From NCBI RefSeq assembly GCF_006345805.1, contig NW_021824150.1, forward strand, positions 1 through 32,067: a stretch of DNA of 32,067 nt. The letters run 5' to 3'. This stretch comes from Octopus sinensis. Taxonomy: Eukaryota. The notes under the pieces are model-generated. The model ran no database searches, had not been told where the DNA came from, and worked only from the letters and a program-made list of their open reading frames with translations. The position numbers and the translations under genes were made by a program. Shown piece after piece: positions 9,886 to 22,236 of the stretch; the stretch's first letter is position 1; the number at the start of each line of letters is the position of its first letter.

Positions 9886-10171
9886 GAAGGTGCGTGGCTC
9901 AGTGGTTAGGGCGGGCATTTAGCTCACGATCTTAAGGTCGAGAGTTCGATACCCAACAGCCGGTTATGCCACAAATCAAGGCACTTTAATTCACGTGGCT
10001 CCAGTCCCCTCAACTTGCAACAATGAGTTGTACCTGTATTTCAAATGGCCAGATTTATCATTAATCTCCCCGAGAATTACATTGAGGGTTCGCGTGATTG
10101 CGGAGTACTCAGCCACTTGTGTGTTAATTTAATGAGCAGGCTGTTCCGTTCATCGGATCAAGTGGAACCTC
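9886..10171 (+). mobile_element. tRNA-derived SINE with C-type 5' half and a different 3' module (here family D)
   Basis: Head GGTGCGTGGCTCAGTGGTTAG...GAGTTCGATAC is collinear with 5149-5293. From 10035 the sequence TGTATTTCAAA...CTCAGCCACTTG...GAGCAGGCTGTTCCGTT.ATCGGATCAA matches 15529-15680. Confidence 0.8.
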
Positions 10172-10539
10172 ACCTACTCCTTTCTCTTATTCACTTTCCT
10201 TTACAGCGACGCCTTCTTGAGCTTTACAGAAATATCTCTGTGTTATAGAAAGTCACTTTAACATCACATCTAACACACACACACACACACAGCATACTTC
10301 CTGGGTGCTTGTGACGCTTCAAACTGTTTTATGAGAGCAACTGGTAACAGTGATTAATCAGCGAGTGCCGGGTCCTTCTCTGAGACGCAGTCAATAAACC
10401 ATGAAACGGTCTTTTGTGCATCCTACATGAATAGCAGAGAAACAATCTTTAGCGCTTTCTTATTTCAACCACGTTGAAGATCTGTAATGCTTAAATTTGT
10501 TTCCGTTCATCTCATTTATTACATGTACACATATAGATA

Positions 10540-10567
10540 TATATGTGTGTGTATTAATAGTATATAA

Positions 10568-10625
<58 letters not shown>

Positions 10626-10967
10626 GGTGAAAGAGACAGACAGAGAAAGAGAAGGAGAGAGAGAATAAAAGTATATATGTGTGCGTATGTATGTGTGTGT
10701 ATGTATATACAGACATACACACACACACACATACACACACATATATACACACGAACATATACATAGACATACTTATGTAAGTACGCATTTATGTATGTAC
10801 ATATGTACATATGTACGTATACAAGTACACACATAAATATTAGCATATATTTTTCGTCTTTACGTGAATATATATATACATATATATATATACATTCATA
10901 CGGATATTCATGCCATTCATACATAATATACATAATGTGTGTGTGTGTGTGTGAGTGTATATATATA

Positions 10968-11002
<35 letters not shown>

Positions 11003-11640
11003 TATATATATATATATCTTTGTATTGTATATGTATGTATATATTTATATATACATATATATATATGTGTGTGTGTGAGTATATATATATATATATATAC
11101 GGGTGGGGTGTTTTGCAGTGAGTGCATGGGTGTTTATATTTAATTCGCGATCTGCTCCTCTTCTGCGTTTGTCAATTCCCATAGTTGTCATGTGTTATGT
11201 TTTCTTTCTCCTTTTCCTCTATTAAACTCTCTGCACCGCCGCCTGCCATGGCACCGTGCGTCACTGTCATTCACATATGGTCAATATCAATCACGGCAAA
11301 CATTCGACCTTTTCACCTGATGCTTACACGCTTCCATACTGACATACATATACATATACATATCTGCATGCCACACACAAACACATACACAAGTGCGCTC
11401 GCACACACATACACACATACACGCACACATGTATTTATGTGCGTGTCTGCGTATATACATATATATATATATATATATCATATATATATATATATATATA
11501 TAGATAGATAGATAGATAGATAGCAATATATGGGCACACAGAGACATACATAGATACACATATACGCACGCCACACACACACACATATATATATATGTAT
11601 GTATGCATATATATATATATATAATATATATATATATATA
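10540..11640. repeat. Compound (TA)/(GA)/(CA)/(TG) microsatellite field with a unique island at about 11110-11340
   Basis: Directly visible. Confidence 0.85.
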
Positions 11641-11855
11641 TAAAATATTATTAGAGACAAACCACTATTTTGCAAAACAAACAAGGAAAGACTTAATCAA
11701 TACATAAAATTTTAATAAATAGTCAAAAAAACCAATACATAAAATTTTAATAAATAGTCAAAAAAACCGCCACTACAATCGTTTCTTGTCTTGATCGACA
11801 ATCTTCAGGTGGACTTCCAATTACAAGTCAGTTTCAAATAATGAAGTAAATTTGG

Positions 11856-11858
<3 letters not shown>
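11641..11858 (-). mobile_element. Short hammerhead-bearing element bounded by (AT)n on both sides; likely non-autonomous Penelope-like remnant
   Basis: About 217 bp of non-repetitive sequence between two (AT)n tracts. Contains the hammerhead at 11770-11812 and an exact 35-bp tandem duplication at 11698-11767. The PLE origin is inferred from the hammerhead type. Confidence 0.6.
11770..11812 (-). ncRNA. Minimal type I hammerhead ribozyme, apparently intact core
   Basis: Minus strand CCAC-CUGAAGA-UUGUC-GAUCAA-GACAA-GAA-ACGAUUGU-A-GUGG. Complete CUGANGA/GAAA core, 4-bp stem I (CCAC/GUGG), 5-bp stem II, self-complementary stem III (ACGAUUGU, pairs fully as a dimer with G-U wobbles) and a GUA cleavage triplet. 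Confidence 0.72.
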
Positions 11859-11896
<38 letters not shown>

Positions 11897-12018
11897 ACAT
11901 ACTAGTATATACATTGTACTTACATACACGGGTCCTGTATTTATAAACTTTTGTCTCAAGCTTGGAAACCATAATGGCAATATAAATAACTCCTCGACTT
12001 TAGACATCTTCGAGGGAA

Positions 12019-12050
<32 letters not shown>

Positions 12051-12306
12051 GAGAGAGAGGAAGTGGCCATTTGTGTGTTTGTGTTGTTGTTGTTGTTGTT
12101 TGTTTGTTTTCGGCTTCGTTTTCTTTTCGCTTATGTTGTAAGGTTTTTGCAGAGGAACAAGACGAATGGACTAAAGGGGCTTTTGAGGATTAGAGACTGG
12201 ATAGTGTGTAAGAGACGTGTGATCCATTAAATGTATCTATATACATATAAATGTGCATGATGTATAATACATACATAAATGCATATATATATATATATAT
12301 ACATAT

Positions 12307-12337
<31 letters not shown>

Positions 12338-12400
12338 TATTATATATACATACATATACACACACACACACACACACACACCACATATATATATACATAC
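11858..12400. repeat. (TA)n, (GA)n, (TTG)n and (CA)n microsatellites with short unique spacers
   Basis: Directly visible. Confidence 0.8.
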
Positions 12401-14454
12401 TGATGTGACACAAAGAGATCGAAACAGCGGTGTCTCAAAATCCACTTTATATTAGAAAATCGGGTCTAGTTTGTTGTGAATTCATTCGCGACTTCAGATT
12501 TACTTAGTTTTGGTTTGGCAGTGATAAAATCTGTTTCCCATATAATCACTTCAAAATTACATGATTGTTCTTTGTGTCATGAATTTCTATTTTTATTATA
12601 CGCAATCATTCTAAGTTAATTTGATTGGTTCACATGTTATTAAAACTCATCGTATTGTGTGGACAGCTATAATTAAGTTGAAGCTGTTTTATACGATTTT
12701 TGTAGAGATGGCTGAGGGAGGTATCTTATTAATGTAACGTCAACGAGCTGCGATCAGACATTGTTGCAGCATCTTTTTTATTGCTTGGTCCCAAAATAAC
12801 TGTCCTAATTATTGTAACCTAACTATCGCATATTTATTGGACAATTCTTATCAACATAAAAGTACGCAGTATATAGAATGGAAAACGCATATTCATAAAT
12901 ATGTTTCTCATCCACACACAGCTTCAAAAATCTAATTAATAACAAACAATCGCTAGCCCCTCGTCACATAAAGTAATCTTCAATAAAACGCAAGATTAAA
13001 ACACTGAAACACCAGAGGCAAATGGACTCAAAGAAAATTACATATTCCCCTATCCTCACAGCCAACCAATATTAGCAACCGTCGCTGCTGCGCATCTGAT
13101 TGCATCTCCTTTTTCATTAAACATCCCTAGCCTCAATTAAAAAGAAGACATTTCTTGCAGATACAGAAAATGATTCAATAGAAAATATCTGAAACAGTGA
13201 CTCAGTTGGACTTCAAATAAAAGAATTAAACAATGTGTAAGCCGACTGCGTTAGCAGGGTCTAACTCACTCCGATTTTAAGTAATCGTGCTGCGTTGAAG
13301 CAATTACAAATGAAACAGAAGCCATCTCTATAAGACCAAATATTAACACCAGGTGTAAATAATACAAAGTATGGTTAATGGTTAATTTCAACAACAATAT
13401 CTCAACTATGTTTGTTATATCAGAAATACAGAAAAGATGAATATAACAACACAGTCCAGTTATATCTGAAACTTGAAAAAACACGCTACCGGTTTCAACG
13501 TAACCTCGGAAAATGACGTAGTCTCTACGGATATAGGACAACATTTTGCGGATTACCGTAGCTACGAAGAGTTTCAGTTATTCTTGCATGGTCATTTCCA
13601 TGAAGCAGGGGAGAGGAGTATTTAACTATAAACTAGAAACAACCATGCTCCTTAACTTTTTCCTCTTCAGTTTTCGCCCAATAATAAAATATTCCCATCT
13701 CACTAGATTTTATAATGATATACATTGCACTATATAACTTTTCGCACTCATTTCTAATCAGTTGTAACAACACTTTGTGAGTCACATTTTTAATGCCTTC
13801 GTTTTCTAATATACTTTTCTGTATTCATAAATATCCTGGGAAATAATTCTCCCCTAACAATATGCATGTAACGAATTATATCGCTTGCAAAGTTTCAGAC
13901 CTATGACATAATACCAGAAATGTCCAAATATAGCCAGGTTATTTTACGAACTGATTTGGTTAATGGAATTATGATTGCTTGTGATATACTAAGCGTTCGT
14001 CTGTACTGAACACTTTATTATCGCTAACAGAACATATTTTATTAAATTGAATTATATATTATATGTTATATATGCATGTAAATATGCATATAGGCATTCA
14101 TATATCATACGTACATCCATGCATATATGTCAGAGGGTATAGAAAAGAATAGAAAATCTATTATAAAGTGAAAAAATATATGTGCTTGTGTTTGGATATC
14201 GACTATACATGATATACGAATGGGAAATTTAAATACAAGCGAACAGACAAATACACAGATCACACTCAGACATATTTGCTCTCTCATACGCACGCTCACA
14301 CATGCGGGATAATATGGATATATTTCTGTTCGTTACGTATATGTATGTGGATGAGAAGAAAAGAAATATGGCGAAATTCAATGCAACTCAATATTTCTAT
14401 AATCTATGAGAAATAAGGCATTTCGTTAACAGATAAGAATGAATGAACGAATGA

Positions 14455-14459
14455 ATAGA

Positions 14460-14498
<39 letters not shown>

Positions 14499-14573
14499 AT
14501 AGGCCAAAGACGGAGTTCTGATTAATTCCAGAGATAAAAAGGGAAATAAAGGGCTGAAATAATTTTTGAAGAA

Positions 14574-14636
<63 letters not shown>
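14455..14636. repeat. (AAAT)n at about 14459-14501 and (AAT)n at about 14573-14636
   Basis: Directly visible. Explains the poly-I and poly-Y ORFs. Confidence 0.9.
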
Positions 14637-14637
<1 letters not shown>

Positions 14638-14906
14638 CGAAACAAAAATAAACGAAAAAATACAACTAGAATAACGAAGACAACGAATGTTGGAGAATCT
14701 CGTCAACAGAACAAAACAGCGGCACCGAACCATCGAAGCATCACTCATAACCATCAGCAGGGACCGCAAAAGAATGGCGAACAAAAGGGTGACGTATAAG
14801 GGAGACAATTCAGTGGAAGAAGAGAGAGAAAAAAAAAGATGATTAAATTAATTGCATTTTATTTCTACATGACTTATTTTATGTAATTAGCTATATTAGT
14901 TCTTCT

Positions 14907-14938
<32 letters not shown>

Positions 14939-15332
14939 TGGGTTCTTGTACTGCTGCTGCTGCCGCTACCGCTGTTCCTGTTTCTTCCCAGCCATCACCC
15001 CCCCCCCCGCCATGTGAGTCGACAAATTGAAAAATGCTGCTCTCGTAAGTTGTTTAGCTGGAGAGAGAAAGCGAGCAAATATCGAAGCCTGTTAATTTAA
15101 TTCATGCTATTTATTTAATGTTATTGAAACTCCATAGGAAAAGAAGATGTGATTCTTTCATTAATTAGTTTTTTTGTCTTTTGTTCTTTGTTGTTGTTTT
15201 TTTGTTTTGCTTTTTTTTTCTCTTCTCGCCGTCTTCTAAAGATTCCTGACATTAGTACAAGACCATAAAATTAAAAGAAAGGATTGCTGACAAAATGGAC
15301 TCTAGCACCTCACTGCTATATATTTCATCAGT

Positions 15333-15704
15333 AGAGGCGCAATGGCTCGGTGGTCATGGCAGCGGACTCGCGGTCGTGGGATCGAGGTTTCGATTCCCAA
15401 ACCGGTCGTTGTGAGTGTTTATTGAACGAAAAAAACCTAAAGTTCCTAGGGGCTCTAGCAGTGGGGGTAACGAACTCTGCTGTACTCTTTCACCACAACT
15501 TTCTCTCACTCTTTCTCCCTGTTTCTGCTGTATTTCAAAGGGACAGCCTTTCCACACTCTCTGTCACGCTGAATCTCTCCGAGAACTACGTTAAGGGTAC
15601 GCGTGTCTGTGGAGTGCTCAGCCACTTGCACGTTAATTTCATGAGCAGGCTGTTCTGTTGATCGGATCAACTGGAACCCTCGTCGTCGTAACCGACGGAG
15701 TGCC
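15333..15704 (+). mobile_element. tRNA-derived SINE (here family E), full length
   Basis: Head AGAGGCGCAATGGCTCGGTGGTCATGGCAGCGGACTCGCGG...GGTTTCGATTCCC with A and B boxes. The 3' module from 15529 is shared with 10035-10171. Confidence 0.85.
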
Positions 15705-16279
15705 GCGGAAAGGTATGAGTGACACCGACAGAGAAAGTTAAACTCGGAGTGTCAAGACAAGAAATAGCGATTTATATTTATTCTTTTGGTTCTTCTCATC
15801 TGGCTTCTGTTTTGTAGGTTATGTTATCTCGAAGACAACATTAACAGGACATGCTTAGAGTATCTTGAGTCGAATCCCCGTGTATTACAGCTATTTCCAT
15901 GTCAACAGCACTCAGAGAAAATTGTGATATTTTGTTTTGCTAAAATATAAAATTAACAGATTGCACTAAATTTGATTGTTTCTGTTTTAATTTGTACTGG
16001 AATGAGGCATGATTTGAGTTACGCTGTCTTATGAACCAGATATTTATAATAACATCAAAACCACCACCACCAACAACAACAACAACAACAATAATAATAA
16101 TAATGAGGAGAATAATAATAATAATAATGATATTAGGAAACTATTGGCGAGAGGAATGACAGCTTCCTTGTAAAGATGTATTTTGGTTGTTAATAATTAT
16201 AGTGAAAGAACCGGCACTTACAGATTTTATGGTGGACGCATTTCTATCGCCATCTTAAACATTAACGATAGCTGTTTAT

Positions 16280-16423
16280 ATCATACATACACACATATAT
16301 ATATATATAAATAGCACAAATATATACATGTATATATACATATATGTGTGTATGCATGTATGTACATGCATATATATATATAAATTATTAGATAGATACA
16401 TGTATATGTATATGGTTTATATG

Positions 16424-16488
<65 letters not shown>

Positions 16489-17129
16489 ATAGATAGATAG
16501 ATTATATGTTATATATATATATATGCATATAATATGCATTAATATGAATATACGTATGACTATGTATAACTATATATATGTGTATGTATTCATGTACGTA
16601 CATAAATCTAGTTATATATAAATATAGATATATACATACGTAAAAGTTCACAAACACAAACACAAGCAGATATATGCATGTATGTATGTATGTATGTATG
16701 TATTTATGTAGGTATGTAGGTAAGTAGACGAAAGGTAGGTACGTAGGTCTGTATGGAATCATGTATATATTTGTATATGACTACATTAATAATCGCATGT
16801 ATCGCTGTATGTAATGCATGTACCTATATGTGTGTGTTTGTGTGCGCACGGGCACATGTCTTTAAGAGGAGCGAAACCAACACAATCCAAGCAATATATA
16901 AAAGTTTTAATGCCGTCCATTTGGCCTGACACCTGACATTATCGGTCACGTCCGACGGTTTGTCAACCTGGATGCAGTCTCATTTGCTAAAGTCTTGTAA
17001 ACCTAAAAACAAACACACATACATGTGTGTGTGTGTATATCTATATATGTATATATACATTTAGATATATAGATATGTACGTACGTATATATTCATGTGT
17101 GTATGTGCATATATATGTGTCTATGTATG

Positions 17130-17162
<33 letters not shown>

Positions 17163-17741
17163 ATCTGTGTGTGTGTATGTGTATCTGTGTGTGCGTGTGT
17201 GTGTGTGTTTGTGTGTATATGAATATATATATATATATGTATATATATCACACAAATATATTTATAAACATTCTATGCTCGCAAGTATACACATTCTTGC
17301 CTTCTTACATACGCATGTATAGACATACATATATATCTAAAACGAGTGTGTGTGTGTCTATGTGTGTATATATGCATTCATATATAATCCTGTACACGTG
17401 TATGATATCGAATGATGCGTTATCATATCTACGTAACTGTATGCATATTTCCCTGTCATACGCAGATCTGAATATGCACAACGTAGTACTGCAATCATGC
17501 ACCGATGTGATTTGATTGATCTACATGCAAATATCCATAGCATACATACATACATACGTTAAAAGGTTGACGCATATATGTATATGTCTATACATATATT
17601 CTTATTTATATATGCGAATACACAAACCATTATAAGTATATATGTATATATATTATATATATGGATGCGTATATATGTATGTATATATGTGTGTGTATGC
17701 TTATGTGTATGTACATTTATATATGTATGTATGCATGTATG

Positions 17742-17774
<33 letters not shown>

Positions 17775-18050
17775 ATATATATATATGTAGTTACAAGCAC
17801 AGATGCATATATATGAGTGCGTATGTCCGTGTTTGTATGGACATACATATATATAAAAGTATATATATCCATATATATATATATTTATTTATATATATAT
17901 ATATATATGTATAAATGTATATATGTATGTATATATGTATATATATATTATATATATATATATAATATAATATATATACATATATATACATATATTGTAA
18001 CATTTGTATGGACATTCATATACTTCATATACACTTACGTACATACACAC
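16280..18050. repeat. Long compound (TA)/(TG)/(TATG)/(GA) microsatellite field
   Basis: Directly visible. Short unique island at about 16860-17000. Confidence 0.9.
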
Positions 18051-19069
18051 CCACATTCACAGAAGTACATGATACACACATATTCACCTATTCATGTAGT
18101 TTTAGGGAAATAATGGTAAAGTGAAGGGTGCCTACTTTTCTCATCCGCCTGATTAAAAATCTATGTAACCAAAATACCTTTTATCATTATTATATCTCCT
18201 CCTCTTCTACCTCATTCTCCTCCTTCTTCTCTTCCCCCTCGTTGCAAATAAAGAAATCATTATTGTCGTATTTTTTGGCGGTTTTTTTTTGGTTTTGTTC
18301 TACGTTTTTTTTTTCGTTTTTTCTTTTGTTTTTTGTTTTTTTTGGTATTTCCATTTTATCTTATTGCCATCACTAACACCAATTCCATCTACCACCGGAG
18401 CGAGATTTTAAAGAAATTTTTGGTCCATTTTACCGCCTACTCCGAACACAGAGAAAGAAGAAAAAAAATGATAATCCAGAAAGACATTGCATCAAAATAG
18501 CTTCTAAAACCATTTGAGTCCATCAATATACAAAGACGACATACAGTAAAATATTGTATGTGTCGACTCGAAGTGTCCTCTTATACAAGGTTAATGCAAC
18601 CACTTAGATTTTTGTCAATAATGGTCGATGTTCTAGTTAAGCTGAGTGGAGTTGACAAGTCTTCTATTCAGAGTTTCGAGTGGTAGTAACAAAAATATAG
18701 AAAAATCAAAAAGCACAAAAAAAAAACAACAATCCGATGTGGTGGGGGGTGGGGAAATAAAATAATAAACCGAATGAAAATGTAATTACATTAATCATTC
18801 TTTTGATATTATTTTTATATGCTGTTTTTCTACTTTATCTTATAGTTCCCTTTTCGCAAAAAGTGCTACACCTGACTCTCTCTCTCTCTCTCTCTATGTC
18901 TATCTATTGCCATCTATCTTTCGATCTACCTATCTGTTTATCGTTCCTCTCTGAATCTGTGGAAGGACACAGTTACAGGTGTCTACTGTACTTACGCAAT
19001 AACGGCCACGTGAATAATAATATTCGATATACCGAAAACCATGGCTTGCGGTTTCAAATCTGTTGTAGA

Positions 19070-19473
19070 TACTCTCTTTTATTCTTTTACTTGTTTCAGT
19101 CATTTGATTTTGGCCATGCTGGAGCATTGCCTTTAGTCGAGCAAATCGAACCCAGGACTTATTCTTTGTAAGCCTAGTACTTATTCTATCGTTCTCTTTT
19201 GCCGAACCGCTAAGTTACGGGGACGTAAACACACCAGCATCGGTTGTCAAGCGATGTTGGGGGGGGGGGACAAACACAGACACACAAACATATACACACA
19301 TACACACACGCACATATATATATACATATACATATATACGACGAGCTTCTTTCAGTTTCCGTCTACCAAATCTACTCACAAGGCTTTGGTCTACCAAATC
19401 ACAAGGCTTTGGTCGGCTCGAGGTTATAGTAGACACTTGCCAAGGTGCCACGAACGCGAAATGAATGCCTGCT
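19070..19473 (-). mobile_element. SINE family B, tail and body, lacking its own tRNA head
   Basis: Collinear with 2831-3180. Contains a small internal duplication (GTCTACCAAATC...ACAAGGCTTTGGT) at about 19361-19413. Confidence 0.92.
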
Positions 19474-19720
19474 CTATCGGTCTCTTTTGCCGAACCGCTA
19501 AGTACGGGGACGTAACACACACATCGGTTGTCAAGCGATGTTGGGGGGGGGGACAAACACAGACACACAAACATATATACACACACACATCACACACGCA
19601 CATATATATATACATATACATATATACGACGAGCTTCTTTCAGTTTCCGTCTACCAAATCTACTCACAAGGCTTTGGTCGGCTCGAGGTTATAGTAGAAG
19701 ACACTTGCCCAAGGTGCCAC
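19474..19720 (-). mobile_element. Tandem duplicate of the SINE B body
   Basis: Repeats 19186-19473 including private variants (ACGAGCTTC, TCTACTCAC, GGCTCGAGGTTATAG). Confidence 0.9.
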
Positions 19721-19798
19721 GAAACGCGAAATGAAGTGCCTTGCTCAAGAGTACACCGCGTCGCCAAGAATTGAACTCATGGCCTTAATATCGTGAGC
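19721..19798 (-). mobile_element. C-type SINE head fragment fused to the B body
   Basis: Minus strand GCTCACGATATTAAGGCCATGAGTTCAATTC...CTTGAGCAAGGCACTTCATTTC matches the heads at 5149 and 9886. Confidence 0.7.
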
Positions 19799-19920
19799 TT
19801 ATATGATTATATAAATATCTGTTAGATATCTAGAAATACGTTAATATAATTTGGGATTGCTTTATTTATATTATGACACGGTATGCTCGATTTGGCCGTT
19901 ATTTTTCAACACCAGCACCG

Positions 19921-20282
19921 TCAAACTAACAGCACACACACACACACACACACACTCTCTCTCTCTCTCTCTCCTCTCTCACACACACACACACACACAC
20001 TCAAACTAACAACACACACACACTCTCAAACTAACAACACACACTCAAAGTAACAATACACACGCTTAAACTAATAACACACACGGACTCAAACTAGCAA
20101 TACACACATACTCGAACTGACAACACACATACACCCACACACACACATCAAACTACCAACAAACACATACTTAAACTAACAACACATATACACTCGAACT
20201 ACAGCGCACACATACACTCAAGCTAACACACACACACACACACCACACACACACACACACACAATCAAACTAACAACACAAC
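19921..20282. repeat. Degenerate minisatellite of about 23 bp, 12 units anchored by TCAAACTAAC plus (CA)n
   Basis: Anchors at 19921, 20001, 20026, 20045, 20066, 20089, 20112, 20148, 20171, 20194, 20218 and 20265. Confidence 0.85.
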
Positions 20283-20610
20283 GATCAATTCGTCCAACAT
20301 CATCTTCATCACCTCTACTCGTACTACCATCAACACAACCGGCACCGCCACGCCCACAGTTAAGAACTAACACCCCAGCATCACCAATACCTCTCCTAAG
20401 GCTACCAACATCACTAACGCCACCTGCCGTCGCTACCACCGACACCATCACTATCCCCCAACCGCCATAAAACACCCCGGTACACACACCTCCCAAATAT
20501 TAAAATGATTTCTAGATTTTAATAATAATTTAATTAAAATAACCGACTTTAAACAGTCGAGAATAATTAGGATTTTGGACAAAATTATTAATATTTAAAC
20601 ATTACGACTA

Positions 20611-21045
<435 letters not shown>

Positions 21046-21975
21046 GTTTTCGCCCTCGGAAATTTCTTTTCATGTTCTCGCCTTCCTCTCTTTATCCGAT
21101 GATTATCTTTCTTTCTCTCCCTCTCTCTTTTTCTTATTCTCTCTCTCTTTCCCTCTCTCTCTCTCTCTCACACTCTCTTTTCAACTTCTTTCCCTTTCAC
21201 CATTTTTTCTTTGTAATCCTTCCCTCAGTTTCCTATTTTTCTTTTATTCTTTCTCTTACTCTTTCCTACCTCTTTTTCTCACTCTCTCTCTCTCTCTCTC
21301 TCTCTTTCTATCTCTCTCTCTCTCACTTTCTCCTCGTTGCCACTTTTACACTTCACTAATTCCCTGCATGCCTCCTACATCTCTCTCCACTTCCCCTCGC
21401 CATCTCTCCTCCAACTCTCCGCTATTCTTTATCTCTTCTCAGACATAATATGTTCTTCCAAGATAACAGGATTTTAATCTAGGAGAAATTTGACTATTAT
21501 TTCTTGCAGGTCGAACGCGCAGTTAATCAGTTCTTCTTTTATGTTGTGCTGTTGCTGTTCTTACTGTCAATCCTGGTCGGCTAACATTCTTTGGGCAGAA
21601 CAAAGGGGCTTCAGCCTATAAGACTTACATTAGCCAACAAAGGAACTCCTACGTGATGGTGATAAAGTAGTTTTAGAGACATTTAGCGTCTTCTTTTAGC
21701 ATGTGACATTACTTGGTAGTTGCCCTTATTACAATTCTATAAATATATATATAAAATTTAATACTTTGTATTAATTTTTACCTAAATTGGTTCTTACGCG
21801 CTAGCTACTGGATAAAATCCTATTTAGATTTTATCCTTGGTTAATTAATATATATTTATACTACATAATATATATATATATATATATATACATACATATA
21901 TATATATATATATATGTATGTATATATATATTTATATATCACGTGACTTTTTCGTGATATATAATATATATATAT

Positions 21976-22016
<41 letters not shown>

Positions 22017-22017
<1 letters not shown>

Positions 22018-22236
22018 GAGAGGTTGCTGAAAGCTCTTGGTTTGGGATAAAAGAAAATACCAGTGGATCGGTTAATTAAAATTTTCTTCAACATATTCTC
22101 CTCTCAGATTCACACACTTATCGAAGCGACCCTTCAGCTTTTCTAAGTCTTGTAAAAAGAACTCAGAAGGTTGGGGCGCCCAGCCAGGCCCTTCCCAAGA
22201 CCCTTTTAAAGCCAAGAACTTTTCATCACTCCCTCG
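22017..22236 (-). mobile_element. Mariner-type MITE, copy 1
   Basis: Imperfect TIRs of about 28 bp (CGAGAGGTTGCTGAAAGCTCTTGG / CCAAGAACTTTTCATCACTCCCTCG), TA on the right and CA on the left. Interior on the minus strand encodes FFLQDLEKLKGRFDKCVNLRGEYVE, like the mariner transposase C-terminus (FFxxGIxKLxxRWxKCIxxxGDYVE). Confidence 0.85.

Noticed and set aside
12400-12432. Plus-strand hammerhead-like CTGATGT...GATCGAAACAGCGGTG
   Set aside because: Core mismatch, no proper stem II, non-cleavable G at position 17 and no stem I. Could be chance.
7685-12445. Numerous YI/CV/HT/MYVC/ER-repeat ORFs in the track, here and elsewhere in the window
   Set aside because: These are translations of di-, tri- and tetranucleotide microsatellites that lack stop codons by construction.
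13266-13544. Hydrophobic minus-strand ORF with faint resemblance to class A GPCR TM2-TM3
   Set aside because: No DRY/ERY motif, and the flanking frames show no further transmembrane pattern. Hydrophobicity is expected from AT-rich sequence.
19921-20282. CRISPR-like regularly spaced repeats
   Set aside because: Eukaryotic context, degenerate anchors of only 10 bp, and spacers made of CA microsatellite rather than unique sequence.
20290-20475. Mucin-like open frame RPTSSSSPLLVLPSTQPAPP...
   Set aside because: Degenerate ACC/CCA repeat sequence with no start codon or splice support.
21510-21584. Terminal exon encoding a tail-anchor helix (VERAVNQFFFYVVLLLFLLSILVG*) after a good acceptor
   Set aside because: The acceptor region resembles, from memory and unverified, a common octopus repeat (GGAGATTTGGCTGCTATTTCTAGCAGGTCGA), and the hydrophobic part comes from TTG/CTG-rich low-complexity sequence.
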